Under the pieces are notes generated by a model. It worked only from the letters and a program-made list of their open reading frames with translations. It made no database searches and had not been told where the DNA came from. A stretch of 64,000 nt of DNA from contig JBEKII010000003.1 of the NCBI GenBank assembly GCA_050011835.1, positions 39,842 to 103,841 on the forward strand, given 5' to 3'. Below are positions 9,591 to 18,706 of the stretch, one piece after another. The stretch is from Minisyncoccia bacterium (GTDB lineage Bacteria; Patescibacteriota; Minisyncoccia; Phycocordibacterales; Phycocordibacteraceae). Numbering within the stretch: the stretch's first letter is position 1; every line of letters begins with the position of its first letter. The translations under genes and the position numbers were made by a program.

Positions 9591-10612
9591 AATTACTAAT
9601 TGTCACGCAGGTAGTTGATCAAACCCATTCTAATATGGCGCTCATACACCGGTGGATAGGGGAATTCGCCAAACACTGCGAGCAGGTCTCGGTCATATGT
9701 CTCTACGAAGGTGAACATTCCTTACCCAAAAACGTACACGTCTATTCACTTGGTAAGGAGCGCGGTCGTCTTCCGCGATTTCGCTACGCATTACGTTTTT
9801 GGAACTATCTTTGGAAACTCAGACATGAATACGATACGGTGTTTGTGCACATGAATCCTGAGTATATTCTACTTGGAGGTTTCATATGGCGAATGTCTGG
9901 CAGAAAAATTGCACTCTGGTACACGCACAAGAGCGTCGATCTAAAATTGCGTATCGGAACTTTCTTGGCGAATGTTATTTTTTCCGCTTCACGCGAGAGT
10001 TTCAGACTCCCCACGAAAAAACTCCGCATTATGGGACACGGGATTGATACCGAACTATTTGCTCCCCAGGCACTTCATATAGAGGATCTCAATATCATAA
10101 CGGTGAGCCGCATCACCAAATCAAAACGTCTTATTGAAATGCTCTTCGCGCTCGATGTGCTATATACCCGAGGTATCCCATTTCAGTTCTCTATCATTGG
10201 CGCGCCGATTTTCGAACATGATAAAGCATATGAAAAGGAGATACAGCGCGAAATTGCTCGCAGACCATATGCAAGCGATGTTCATTTCATTGGCATGGTG
10301 CCGTACCGGGAATTGCCGAATGCTCTTGGTCGCGGGTCTGTTTTCATCAATCTGAGTAAAACAGGCAGTATTGACCGCGCGGTCCTTGAAGCGATGTCCA
10401 TTGGCCTTGCGCCGGTAACCTCGAATGAAGCATTTCGCGAGATGCTCACACCTTTTGGATTGTATGTGAAGGAGGACAGTCCTAAGTGTATTGCCGATAC
10501 GCTGGTGCATGCTAAAAACGTTGATCGCGCGGAACTTTCTCGGTATGTTAGAGAATACCATTCGCTTCAGCGTCTTATTCCCGCGATGTTTGATATCATG
10601 CGAGCACCATGA
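9587..10612 (+). CDS. Glycosyltransferase, GT-B fold (GT4-like)
   Basis: EAMSIGLAPVTSNEAFREML motif. ATGA overlaps. Confidence 0.55.
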   Translation: MKLLIVTQVVDQTHSNMALIHRWIGEFAKHCEQVSVICLYEGEHSLPKNVHVYSLGKERGRLPRFRYALRFWNYLWKLRHEYDTVFVHMNPEYILLGGFIWRMSGRKIALWYTHKSVDLKLRIGTFLANVIFSASRESFRLPTKKLRIMGHGIDTELFAPQALHIEDLNIITVSRITKSKRLIEMLFALDVLYTRGIPFQFSIIGAPIFEHDKAYEKEIQREIARRPYASDVHFIGMVPYRELPNALGRGSVFINLSKTGSIDRAVLEAMSIGLAPVTSNEAFREMLTPFGLYVKEDSPKCIADTLVHAKNVDRAELSRYVREYHSLQRLIPAMFDIMRAP

Positions 10613-11643
10613 GTCGGGTGGTATTTCTTTTCCCCAGTTCTCGAGACGAGATTGTGTCTAGAGTGCAGGCAGGACAGGACGCGGATACTGCACTACGCGG
10701 TTTAAACTATATTCCTGACGCCACATACTCCACCGCTCCCTCAAGATTTTTACAATCTTTGCCGTTTGTATCACGTCTTCTTCAGTATGATTTTATCGTT
10801 GCTCAAGACAACTTACTTCTTGGATATGCGGTGTCCGTTTGCGCCCGTTTATTTCAGTTGAAGACACGATGGATATACGTGGCAATGAATTCATCGGTGC
10901 TCATGCGGCGCCATGCTGTTCATCCGGTTCGTCTACTTCTCCTTAAAAAGTTTTGGGCAAGTTACTCCCGCATCATCTGTCTTTCTTCCGAACAGCGTGA
11001 AGATTTTATACGGCTTGGCATTGCGCGCGAGCGTCTCGCGTTTATACCGTTCGGTGTGGATGCACATTTCTTTCAACCAACTGATGTATCTCATGAAGAA
11101 AATCTCATTGTAAGCGTTGGCCGTGATGCGGGTCGCGATTACCGAACGCTTTTTCAGGCAGCGGAGCGCACCGACCACCCATTTGTTGTCGTCGCTACGC
11201 ACAAAAACATTCCGCCTGGTCTGTCGGTTCCTGCAAATGTCTCGGTACTCTATGACCGAAGTTTTACTGAAATTCGGGATTTATATCAGCGCGCACGGTT
11301 GGTCGTTATCGCGTCAAAAGATGTTTATTTGTTAGAAGGGTCGGATTGCTCGGGTCAGACCGTAATCTTGGACGCTCTCGCGGCACGCAAGGCAGTTATT
11401 GCAACATACCGTTCGTGGATCGCTGATTATTTTATTCCCGGCGAAGACCTTGTGGTTGTTGAACCGGGCGATCCTGAATCTCTCGCACAGGCAATCAATT
11501 CGCTTTGGAATGACGTTGAAAAACGTAAATGCTTAGCGGCGTCTGGTCACGCGAAGGTGGTCGCGCGCTACACAACAAAAAACTTCGCCGAAGCTCTGCT
11601 TAAATTAATGGATTCTGTTGTCGCACAAAATCGAATTTCATAA
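10609..11643 (+). CDS. Glycosyltransferase, GT-B fold (GT4-like)
   Basis: GSDCSGQTVILDALAARKAVIATYRSW motif. Last gene of a six-gene glycosyltransferase run. Confidence 0.5.
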   Translation: MSRVVFLFPSSRDEIVSRVQAGQDADTALRGLNYIPDATYSTAPSRFLQSLPFVSRLLQYDFIVAQDNLLLGYAVSVCARLFQLKTRWIYVAMNSSVLMRRHAVHPVRLLLLKKFWASYSRIICLSSEQREDFIRLGIARERLAFIPFGVDAHFFQPTDVSHEENLIVSVGRDAGRDYRTLFQAAERTDHPFVVVATHKNIPPGLSVPANVSVLYDRSFTEIRDLYQRARLVVIASKDVYLLEGSDCSGQTVILDALAARKAVIATYRSWIADYFIPGEDLVVVEPGDPESLAQAINSLWNDVEKRKCLAASGHAKVVARYTTKNFAEALLKLMDSVVAQNRIS

Positions 11644-11770
11644 GTTACGGGGTTCTCCTCGCAGGTATCCCTAACGAGTTGGCACAAGCGTTAACGATTT
11701 TAATAAGTAACTGCGCGGGTTTCCGAACAATTCTGGCGAGGAAAATCTGAAGCAGAATTCCCTCACATAG

Positions 11771-11960
11771 TGACCTGGACCCCGTATCTTAGACACATGG
11801 TCGAAATTAATAGCACACTAACCACATGAACAACAAAGGACACAAAGTCTCAGCGGACGTGAAGTCGGATATCATCCGCAGAATCAGAGAGGAGGGAGTA
11901 CCTGTGGCACAGGCGGCCAAGGAGCACGGCCTGCACGAGTCCACCATATACCTATGGCTC
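11771..11960 (+). mobile_element. IS3-family (IS2-like) insertion sequence remnant: left inverted repeat plus 5' fragment of orfA
   Basis: TGACCTGGACCCCGTATCTTAGACAC at 11771 resembles the IS2 left IR (..GACTGGCCCCCTGAATCTCCAGACA..). The downstream ORF N-terminus matches IS3-family OrfA HTH. No orfB or right IR follows. Confidence 0.5.
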
Positions 11961-12038
11961 GGTACCGGAGCGCAGGGAGCACCAACCTTCTCAGAGTTCG
12001 CTCGCATCCGCTTTCGGTATTCTCAAGAATTGAAGTGA
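11826..12038 (+). pseudogene. Truncated IS3-family transposase OrfA (HTH domain only, 70 codons)
   Basis: KVSADVKSDIIRRIREEGVPVAQAAKEHGLHESTIYLWL parallels IS2/IS150 OrfA (..[34 protein letters not shown]..). Similarity is lost after ~45 aa. Confidence 0.5.
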
Positions 12039-12051
12039 ATTCGAATGTCAG

Positions 12052-12090
12052 GGCCGTTAGCCGATCAATCGGCTAACGGCCTTGTTTTTT
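12052..12090 (+). terminator. Rho-independent terminator
   Basis: GC-rich hairpin GCCGTTAGCCGA-tcaa-TCGGCTAACGGC followed by CTTGTTTTTT. Confidence 0.7.
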
Positions 12091-12110
12091 CTGTTGCACC
12101 AAATTGGAGA

Positions 12111-12857
12111 TTAACGAGGCATTTTCTTGAAATCTCCGCGACTAAAATATCGCTCAATAAGGCAATATAAAAGTATAAACAAATATCGGCTACCCATTTC
12201 CTTGATTTTGAGTTTTGAGGCCCCGCTCTTGCGATTGCGCCACGAATTGGGAAGCACGGTATACGTATACCCGCGTACGATGGTCTTCAGCGGCAGTTCG
12301 AGCGTGAGGTTGAAGTGGGGTGCGAGAAACGGGCGCAACCCATCAAGCGCCTCTCGTTTATAAAGTTTGAACGCATTTGTGCAATCGTTATAGCGGATTT
12401 GAAAGAGCAGACGTACGAGCGTGTTAGCAAAACGGTTGAGTAGTAATTTGTGTCGGGGATATCCATACGTTGTGCCTCCTGGTATGAAACGGCTACCGAA
12501 CACGCAATCAACTCCGGTCTCCTGTGCTACGCGATAATATCGCACAAGATCCTCCGGGTCGTCTGAAAGGTCGGCCATCATCATAGCGATATACATTCCA
12601 TGTGCCGCGTTGATACCGCTCACAATTGTTCTGCCGTATCCGGGCGGCTGTTCGTTATGTACGATGCGCAATTGCGGTATACATTGCGCGAGTCCCGTTA
12701 GTATCGTCGCCGTAGTATCTGCTGAATGGTCATTTACTACAATGACTTCAAATGAAATATGTTCTCGTACAAGCACGGTCGCTACCGATTCTACGGTCTC
12801 GCGGATGGACCCTTCTTCGTTATGGGCAGGGATGACGACGCTAAGCGCTGTTTGCAT
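12111..12857 (-). CDS. GT2 polyprenol-phosphate glycosyltransferase (GtrB / dolichol-phosphate mannosyltransferase-like)
   Basis: VVIPAHNEEGSI, VVNDHSAD, D-x-D region and a C-terminal TM helix. 248 aa. Confidence 0.8.
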   Translation of the reverse strand: MQTALSVVIPAHNEEGSIRETVESVATVLVREHISFEVIVVNDHSADTTATILTGLAQCIPQLRIVHNEQPPGYGRTIVSGINAAHGMYIAMMMADLSDDPEDLVRYYRVAQETGVDCVFGSRFIPGGTTYGYPRHKLLLNRFANTLVRLLFQIRYNDCTNAFKLYKREALDGLRPFLAPHFNLTLELPLKTIVRGYTYTVLPNSWRNRKSGASKLKIKEMGSRYLFILLYCLIERYFSRGDFKKMPR

Positions 12858-12903
12858 GCTAGGACTCTAGTATAAACCTGTGTTAGCATAATCGCGACAT
12901 GGT

Positions 12904-13956
12904 ATGGCGAAAGTAGTCCTGATTACGGGTTCTGCGGGACTGATCGGCTCGGAATCGGCCCGTTTTTTTGCTGGGAAAAGGTACCAAATAGTTGGCGTGG
13001 ACAATGACATGCGCAAGTATTATTTTGGCGAAGGCGCAAGCACACAGTGGAACCGAAAACAGCTCGCGAAAGAACTTGGAGCACGGTACCGACACTATGC
13101 TGCGGATATACGAGATCGCGAGCGAATTGAAAGGATCGTTAAAAAATATTCGCCCGATATCGTCATCCACACAGCTGCCCAACCGAGTCACGATTGGGCC
13201 GCGAAAGAGCCGCACACGGATTTTACTGTTAATGCTCTCGGTACGCTCGTGTTGCTTGAAAGCGTCCGGCAATTCGCACCGAGAGCAACGTTCATTTTCA
13301 CCTCAACAAATAAAGTGTACGGCGACCAACCGAACCACCTGCCGCTCATCGAAACCGACACAAGGTGGGAGATCGAACCAAGCCATGCTTTTTACCAAGG
13401 CATCGATGAGTCGATGAGCATCGACCAAACGCTTCACAGTGTTTTTGGAGCTTCCAAAGTTGCCGCCGATGTGATGGTGCAGGAATATGGAAAATATTTC
13501 GGACTAAAGACAGGTGTATTTCGAGGCGGATGTCTTACCGGCCCGAACCACAGTGGCGCGCAACTCCACGGTTTTCTTTCTTATCTGGTGAAGTGTATTG
13601 CTACGGGAGCTCCTTATACTATTTTGGGCTATAAGGGGAAACAGGTACGGGATAATATCCACGCGAGCGATCTTGTGAATATGTTTTGGCATTTCCACCA
13701 AAATCCGCGATCGGGCGAGGTGTATAACGCCGGCGGAGGGCGGCAAGCGAACATCTCTATGCTTGAGGCGATCGCAAAGGTAGAAAAACTCACCGGCAAA
13801 AAAGCGGACATCGTGTATAACGATACACCGCGCGTTGGAGATCATATCTGGTATATTTCCGATCTTAGAAAGTTCAAATCGCACTATCCGAAATGGAATA
13901 TTGTCTACGATATAGATGCGACATTGCGGGACCTGTGCGCACACGTGCGTTCCTAG
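12904..13956 (+). CDS. NAD-dependent epimerase/dehydratase (extended SDR; CDP-paratose 2-epimerase-like)
   Basis: [11 protein letters not shown] Rossmann motif and [15 protein letters not shown] (YxxxK). Confidence 0.75.
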   Translation: MAKVVLITGSAGLIGSESARFFAGKRYQIVGVDNDMRKYYFGEGASTQWNRKQLAKELGARYRHYAADIRDRERIERIVKKYSPDIVIHTAAQPSHDWAAKEPHTDFTVNALGTLVLLESVRQFAPRATFIFTSTNKVYGDQPNHLPLIETDTRWEIEPSHAFYQGIDESMSIDQTLHSVFGASKVAADVMVQEYGKYFGLKTGVFRGGCLTGPNHSGAQLHGFLSYLVKCIATGAPYTILGYKGKQVRDNIHASDLVNMFWHFHQNPRSGEVYNAGGGRQANISMLEAIAKVEKLTGKKADIVYNDTPRVGDHIWYISDLRKFKSHYPKWNIVYDIDATLRDLCAHVRS

Positions 13957-13967
13957 CCATATTCTCC

Positions 13968-15044
13968 ATGAAATATCAACATATACTTGTAACAGGCGGA
14001 TGCGGATTCGTCGGTTCTTCTCTCGCATTGCGGCTAAAAGAAAAATTTCCCCAAAGTAGTATTACCGTTGTCGATAATCTTGTACGCAAAGGTTCCGAAC
14101 TTAATAAAGTTCGTTTGCTTAGGGCAGGTGTCGAGTGTCGAGATGGTGACGTGCGATATGCCGAAACGTTCAAACCTCTCGGTTCGGTTGATTTGATTAT
14201 CGATTGTGCCGCAGAGCCGTCGGTGTTGGCGGGGAAAGACGGCTCGCCTCTTTATGTACTTGAAACAAACTTGTGGGGAACGATACATATGCTCGAACTT
14301 GCTCGGCGCACCAATGCGGCTGTGATGTTTCTTTCAACGAGCCGGGTGTATCCGATTCGCGAATTGAATGCGATTAACGTGATCGAAACCGATACGCGAT
14401 TTAGAATAGCTCCTGATCAAATAATGTCGGGCATCACAGAGCGTGGCATAAACGAAGCATTTCCGATGGGTACGGAGCGGACGCTGTATGGCGCTACCAA
14501 ACTTGCTTCAGAAATGTTTATCACGGAATACGCGCTTCTCTATGGCATACGCGCCATCATTAACAGATGTGGAGTTATTGCGGGGCCGTGGCAGTTCGGT
14601 AAGGTTGACCAAGGTATCGCGGTACTTTGGATGGCGCGGCATATATTCCCAAACAAAAAGCTCGCATATGTCGGATGGGGGGGAAAGGGGAAACAGGTAC
14701 GGGATTTTCTTCATCCCGACGACCTATTTAATGCGCTTGCCTATCAGTTGGAGCATTTTGGTGTTCTCGCAGGAAGCGTGTTTAATCTCGGCGGCGGAAC
14801 AGAACGAAGCGTATCGCTTCTTGAACTTACGCGGATATGCGAAAAGATAAGTGGCCGGAGCATCGGCATCGGCTCGATGTCGGAGACCCGCTGGGGAGAT
14901 GTAAAACTCTACATTTCCGACAATGTGCGCTTCGAAAAACTTTCAGGTTGGAGGCCGAAGCGCGACATTGAAACCATCATGGGCGATATTCACGAATGGC
15001 TCATCACTAATAAGGACATGCTGGCGCCCATCTTCGCTACATAA
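13968..15044 (+). CDS. NAD-dependent epimerase/dehydratase (paralog of the upstream gene; CDP-paratose 2-epimerase-like)
   Basis: Start taken at the internal ATG (MKYQHILVTGGCGFVGSSLA). YGATKLASEMFITEY (YxxxK). Overall colinear with the preceding gene. Confidence 0.75.
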   Translation: MKYQHILVTGGCGFVGSSLALRLKEKFPQSSITVVDNLVRKGSELNKVRLLRAGVECRDGDVRYAETFKPLGSVDLIIDCAAEPSVLAGKDGSPLYVLETNLWGTIHMLELARRTNAAVMFLSTSRVYPIRELNAINVIETDTRFRIAPDQIMSGITERGINEAFPMGTERTLYGATKLASEMFITEYALLYGIRAIINRCGVIAGPWQFGKVDQGIAVLWMARHIFPNKKLAYVGWGGKGKQVRDFLHPDDLFNALAYQLEHFGVLAGSVFNLGGGTERSVSLLELTRICEKISGRSIGIGSMSETRWGDVKLYISDNVRFEKLSGWRPKRDIETIMGDIHEWLITNKDMLAPIFAT

Positions 15045-15048
15045 TAAT

Positions 15049-16833
15049 ATGAGTATGACTAAAGCAAAAAGATTTTTTCAGCAGCATCGTCCCGCTGTCG
15101 TGCTCATGGTCATTATTCTCGTGCTCACTACGATTCCGGTTATTGATACGTTTCTCGTTCTCGGAAATGCCTGGCAAGGATTTCCCCCGTCCTTCGGTGA
15201 CGAGACCATGTATTTCGCGCACATGCATACCATAGCGGAAGGATATGTGAACGACGGGAATCCCTATTTTTTGGAACACCGCAATGACCCTCCGCTAGTC
15301 ATTTTCGGAGGAGCCTGGTTGAACGCAGTGCCACTTCTTGCCGGCATCCCGTTTGATGCGGCGCTGATGTTCAATTTCATCATCTGGAGTTTGGCGTTCG
15401 CCGCACTTTTCTATTGGCTGTTTCGAGAATGGAGGGTACCGCGGTGGATCGCCGTAGCCAGCACGGTGTTTCTATATCTGCAATCGTATGAGCACGTGTG
15501 GCGGGCAGTGAATCTTCAGACGGTATATCCGTTCTTTTTCTTGTTTCTCATCGCACTTACCCGTTTTCTCCGTGAACGAAGTCGCAAGAACATAGGACTG
15601 CTCGCGGCGGCGACAGCTCTTTCGTTTTACTTTTTCTCATATTTATGGCAGACGGTCGTCATCACACTCGGGATTCTGGCACTTTATGCTCTGGTAAGAA
15701 AAAATTGGAAATTGCTGAAAGCGACGCTCCTTTCGTCAATCATCGGGGGTATTATCGGTCTACCTGTACCGCTCCTCATGCTCTGGCTTTCCCGTTCTTC
15801 GCCGTATTTTTGGGAAAGTATCGGTCGTCTCGGGCTCGTGAATACGCATCTACCCATGGCCGAAGTTGTGTATTCTGGCGGATGGATCGGCGTCGCGCTC
15901 GCTTTTCTCGCACTGCTCTATTGGCGCATGCGAACACTGCGAAAGGATACGGAATTCATGTCGCTATTTCTATTCCTCGGTATAAGCGGTTTAGGCATCT
16001 GGATTATGCAAGGCAGCAACCTCATCACCGGCAAATTGCTCGAGACGGGAGAGCATATGCGGGCATTTATCGCTCCGTGGCTCGTATTCGCCACCGTGCT
16101 TCTGGGAATATATCTCTACAAGCGGCGCGCGCAGCTTACGCGAAAATGGCGATGGTTTTCGGTGATTGTCATTGCGGCGTGTTCAATTGCGAGCATTCTT
16201 TTCTTCAATCTCTACGGTCCTTTTATTAATCCAGAAACAAATAGTGAGTTCTGGTACACCGAGCAGTTATATGTCAAACCTCTCGCATGGCTTGACAAAA
16301 CAGAAAAAAATCCAGTTGTCGTGTGGAGCGACCCGGTCAACGATGAGATTACGGGCGTCCTTCCTGTGTTTACCAAACACTTTACGCTTTTTACGACCGC
16401 CGCGACATGGGAATTGGTGTCTGAAAGCGAAATTCGCGAGCGGTATCTTATTTCGCAATATTTTAACAATCCGACCGTTGACTCTCTTAAAGCCAATATG
16501 TCGGTCTATCTTGGGCGACAGGATGCGTATCATCGCGCCGCGACAATTGACCGTAGCGTAAAGATTTGTCGCACAATGTACTTTTGGGACAAAAATAAGA
16601 ATTGCGGCATACTTCTTACTCCGGCGGAATTGCTCGGCGATAAATTTTTTGCCAATCTTGAGCAAGAATTTCAAACCGATATCAAGCCAAACATAAAAAT
16701 GTATTTGAAAAAATATCACGTCTCCTACATCCTTAAAGACGATATCCTTGATCCGCAGTATCATCCTGAAAAATTGGGCGCCATGCGTGTCTACAACGAC
16801 GGCCGCTTTGAGATTTATCGGGTGCAGTATTAA
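15049..16833 (+). CDS. Polytopic membrane protein with C-terminal soluble domain; putative GT-C-type membrane glycosyltransferase
   Basis: Start at the internal ATG (MSMTKAKRFF). About 10 predicted hydrophobic segments over the first ~430 aa are followed by a ~160 aa hydrophilic tail. Sits among GtrA/GtrB-like genes. Confidence 0.4.
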   Translation: MSMTKAKRFFQQHRPAVVLMVIILVLTTIPVIDTFLVLGNAWQGFPPSFGDETMYFAHMHTIAEGYVNDGNPYFLEHRNDPPLVIFGGAWLNAVPLLAGIPFDAALMFNFIIWSLAFAALFYWLFREWRVPRWIAVASTVFLYLQSYEHVWRAVNLQTVYPFFFLFLIALTRFLRERSRKNIGLLAAATALSFYFFSYLWQTVVITLGILALYALVRKNWKLLKATLLSSIIGGIIGLPVPLLMLWLSRSSPYFWESIGRLGLVNTHLPMAEVVYSGGWIGVALAFLALLYWRMRTLRKDTEFMSLFLFLGISGLGIWIMQGSNLITGKLLETGEHMRAFIAPWLVFATVLLGIYLYKRRAQLTRKWRWFSVIVIAACSIASILFFNLYGPFINPETNSEFWYTEQLYVKPLAWLDKTEKNPVVVWSDPVNDEITGVLPVFTKHFTLFTTAATWELVSESEIRERYLISQYFNNPTVDSLKANMSVYLGRQDAYHRAATIDRSVKICRTMYFWDKNKNCGILLTPAELLGDKFFANLEQEFQTDIKPNIKMYLKKYHVSYILKDDILDPQYHPEKLGAMRVYNDGRFEIYRVQY

Positions 16834-17306
16834 TTTTCGCGCGCGGGTAAAGAAGGGGGGATGTGTCGCCAAACGAAAAGAAGATAGAACGTATAATTCC
16901 ACGCGAATCCAAGGATGATGCCAGCTGCATAGGCAACATGGATGATGAGAACATTGCTTGTCTGATGTTCAGCTATAAATACGAATAGCCATTGCAGGAA
17001 GACGGAACCGCTCACGACGAGGTGGAAACGTATGAGGCGCGAAAGAAGCGAAAGATTATGTCGCCGATCATGGAAGACAAAACGGTTGCTGATATAGAAA
17101 TTAGTTAAGATGGCACACTCCGCGCCAATCACGACCGCAGTGCTGGGGGAAAACACATGCAGATAGATACCGAGGATTTCAAATATCGTGGTCTGCACGA
17201 TAACCGCAATGACTCCTGTCGCGAGAGAGCGCACGAGGCGCGAATTCGCTATTGTCTTACAAAACTGTGCTATCGCTTTTTGCATGAATTGCACATATCT
17301 TATCAT
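16830..17306 (-). CDS. GtrA-family polysaccharide biosynthesis/translocation protein
   Basis: RLVRSLATGVIAVIVQTTIFEILGIYL and YISNRFVFHD match the GtrA family (F-x-x-V-G...NR-x-W-x-F type motifs). Four predicted TM helices, 158 aa. Confidence 0.7.
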   Translation of the reverse strand: MIRYVQFMQKAIAQFCKTIANSRLVRSLATGVIAVIVQTTIFEILGIYLHVFSPSTAVVIGAECAILTNFYISNRFVFHDRRHNLSLLSRLIRFHLVVSGSVFLQWLFVFIAEHQTSNVLIIHVAYAAGIILGFAWNYTFYLLFVWRHIPPSLPAREN

Positions 17307-17323
17307 GACGTAGAATTTAACCC

Positions 17324-18706
17324 ATGTCTTTTATACGGGCGCATAAAATAGAAATCGGGATTTTCATACTGGCTCTTGTACTTCGTTTTTTGTATCTTGA
17401 TGCGAGCATTGCGCACTATGGCGGCGTATTGACTGATGCGATACACGGAGCAGATGGATATTTCGAAGTGAGTCACAACCTCATCATTGGGCACGGGTTT
17501 ACGCAATCTCAAAGTCCACCATACATCCCGTACTCATTTCGTCCGCCTCTCTTTTTCTATTTTATCTATTGGTTCCACACTCTTTTCAATGGTTACTGGG
17601 GCGTCATTATTCTTCAAATGATACTGGGAAGCGCTCTGCCCATTATAGGGATGAAGCTTGCGTCGTATGCACTGAACTCTCGCAAACTCATCATAACCAT
17701 CGGACTGCTCCTTGCTCTTGACCCGCAAGGGATTTTATACTCAACATTTTTTTACAGCGAGATTTTGTTTATATTCCTCTTCTTTCTCTCGCTCCTCTAC
17801 CTGTTTCGGTATAGTAAAAAGAAAAATTTCTATGACCTTATTATTTCCGGAGGCGTGCTCGGGCTTGCATGCCTGACCAGACCGGCAATTGAATATCTGC
17901 CCATCATTATTGCCGCGTGTCTTCTGTGGGATGCCCGGGAATACCTGTCAAAAAAGTTTTTCTTGCACGTTGGCACATACCTTCTGGTGTTTGCCGCGGT
18001 GATTTCGCCGTGGATATATCGAAATTATGTGACATTTGGCGTTGCGGACTTGAGCCCGCAATTAGGAGTGAATTTATATGCGGTGCTTTTACCGTCGGTA
18101 CTTGCTGTTGAGCATGGCACGAGCTGGCAACAAGAATTCGCCATCTTAACGCGCGCAGGAGTACAGGGTCCCAACGTGGCCGATATCACGAAAGGTGGTG
18201 AATATACCAAACTCGCACTACCGCTTCTCTTGGCGCATCCCAAAGCGCTCGCGATTGTAGAGGCCGATACCGCCGTGAGTTTTTTCACGAGCGACGGCGT
18301 ACTTGATACGTTACGGCATATCGGGGCCTCAACGAATCTTCGCTTGGGTGAGCCGGCCCTCTTCATGCTTCTTTCTTCTCCACGCACTCTCTTTTGGTTT
18401 ATCGCGCAGGTAGCGATGACTCCGACGATTTTCGTTCTGTTCGGGCGAATATTCTGGTTCCTCGCGACGGGGATGTTTTTATATGGGGCATGGAGATATT
18501 TGCGGCGGGAACCCCGCAATCTTTCCGCGCTTATCATGATTGCGGTTGTTTTATATTTTGCCTTGACCACGACGCTTGTTTCTGGCTTTGGCATAACGTC
18601 ACGATATCGCCTGCCCGTGAATGTATTCATTCTCGTCTTCGCGGCGTATGCGGTTTCCGTGCTCATCTCCGCTCTGCGCAGGAAGCGACGGGGGGAAAAT
18701 GCGTAA
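17324..18706 (+). CDS. GT-C fold membrane glycosyltransferase (ArnT/PMT-like, GT39/GT83-type)
   Basis: 11-13 predicted TM helices. The N-terminal loop has the Asp-containing motif LYLDASIAHYGGVLTDAIHGADGYFE typical of ArnT/PMT family. Confidence 0.6.
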   Translation: MSFIRAHKIEIGIFILALVLRFLYLDASIAHYGGVLTDAIHGADGYFEVSHNLIIGHGFTQSQSPPYIPYSFRPPLFFYFIYWFHTLFNGYWGVIILQMILGSALPIIGMKLASYALNSRKLIITIGLLLALDPQGILYSTFFYSEILFIFLFFLSLLYLFRYSKKKNFYDLIISGGVLGLACLTRPAIEYLPIIIAACLLWDAREYLSKKFFLHVGTYLLVFAAVISPWIYRNYVTFGVADLSPQLGVNLYAVLLPSVLAVEHGTSWQQEFAILTRAGVQGPNVADITKGGEYTKLALPLLLAHPKALAIVEADTAVSFFTSDGVLDTLRHIGASTNLRLGEPALFMLLSSPRTLFWFIAQVAMTPTIFVLFGRIFWFLATGMFLYGAWRYLRREPRNLSALIMIAVVLYFALTTTLVSGFGITSRYRLPVNVFILVFAAYAVSVLISALRRKRRGENA

